A DNA stretch of 64,000 nucleotides from contig JAYWIR010000013.1 in assembly GCA_036172245.1 (NCBI GenBank), forward strand, positions 434,001 through 498,000, written 5' to 3'. Shown one piece after another: positions 63,101-64,000 of the stretch (within the stretch, counting starts at the first letter, position 1; each line of letters begins with the position of its first letter). A model generated the notes under the pieces. That model saw only the letters and a list, made by a program, of their open reading frames with translations. It was not told the DNA's origin and did not search any database. The DNA comes from Raillietiella orientalis. Taxonomy: Eukaryota. The translations under genes and the position numbers were made by a program.

Positions 63101-63334
63101 AAGAGAGGCATTCCGGCCTTCCTGGCCGTTTTGGATGAATCAGGCGCGTGCAAGCAGATGAAAGGGAGAAATGCAGCGCGGGAAAGAAAAAAATGACGCC
63201 ACTCACAAAGGACAGCGGGGACTGACGTCATCGGCGGAACTGCACGCACGTTCCCGATGTGCACGTCCACCTGCGTCCCTTCACTTTCCGCTGGAGCGCC
63301 CGAGAAAATGACGCGGCGGCGCGTTCGCTGTGCC

Positions 63335-63698
63335 GCCTTTGTGTGCTCCGGGCGGCCGGACCGTTCGTCCACGTGAAGGAGTCGAGGATGGTGCGCGCGT
63401 TCGGAGAGGTAAGGACGAGTGCGTGCTTGAGTGCGTGTGTGCGGTAGTGGTGGTGGTGAGTGGGTGGTTAATGGTGGTGGAGAGCGAGAGGTCAAGGAGG
63501 GGATTAGCTGCAGAAGATCTCCTTCCTCTTCCTCCCCTCCGTCCGTGGGGGAGAACGGGAAGAGAGAAAGTTGTCAGCGTAGAGGCAAATCGAACCCGAG
63601 GGAGGGTGCCTCCAGTGCACCAGAAGGGACCGTGGAGCCTTTGTGTGCTCCGGGCGTCCGAACTGTTCGTCCACGTGAAGTAGCCGAGGATGGTGCGC
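63335..63698 (+). repeat. 62-bp direct repeat pair (63335-63396 and 63637-63698)
   Basis: gcctttgtgtgctccgggcg...gaggatggtgcgc occurs twice, with 5 mismatches in 62 nt. Confidence 0.9.
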
Positions 63699-64000
63699 TC
63701 ATGACTGGGACACGGGGGGGAGGGGCATGTCTATACGATGCTCCGTTCCCTTCCTCTCTTTCACTCTTTTCTTCTTCCTCTCCCCCTTCTCCTCTTCCTT
63801 TCCTGCTCCTCCTCCTCTTTCACTCCTGTCGCAGAAATGTTCCGGTTCTTAGAAACCGGAATGTTTCTGCGGAAGACGAGAACGTCGTTTACCAGCAGCT
63901 CGTGCTGTGGGGCGCGTTCGCTGTTCAGAAGGAGACGCTTTCCGTCTCTGCTCCCGAGAGGAAGAGCAGTGGAAGGAGGTTTCCAAGTAGGGGCTGAAGG

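Noticed and set aside
1..64000. CRISPR array, rRNA operon or prokaryotic defence system
   Set aside because: No regularly spaced repeat-spacer array, rRNA-like sequence or operon structure seen; the window is intron-containing animal DNA.

Overview
Eukaryotic (animal, probably arthropod-like invertebrate) genomic DNA, not prokaryotic. Three spliced protein-coding genes can be reconstructed by hand with phase-consistent GT-AG exons. (1) The 5' part of a diacylglycerol kinase theta gene (minus, <1-5975). (2) A SLC35F3/F4-like transporter (plus, about 19029-31169). (3) A complete CAND1 gene (minus, 35526-42406, 1235 aa). Almost everything else is eroded transposon debris: Penelope-like, RTE and other LINEs, Ty3/Gypsy pol fragments, a multi-copy LTR family and a rearranged mariner. 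The hundreds of short ORFs in the GC-rich blocks are mostly compositional artefacts. I see no intact novel multi-gene system. The most notable signals are architectural: sharp AT-rich/CpG-poor versus GC-rich/CpG-rich blocks that cut through a single gene (GC3 about 95% falling to about 59%), a CpG-decay footprint over the housekeeping genes, very short 42-52 nt introns, a fold-back mariner derivative, an LTR family with a tRNA-like module, and several near-perfect short hairpins. Coordinates and counts were made by eye; transposon relic boundaries are approximate.
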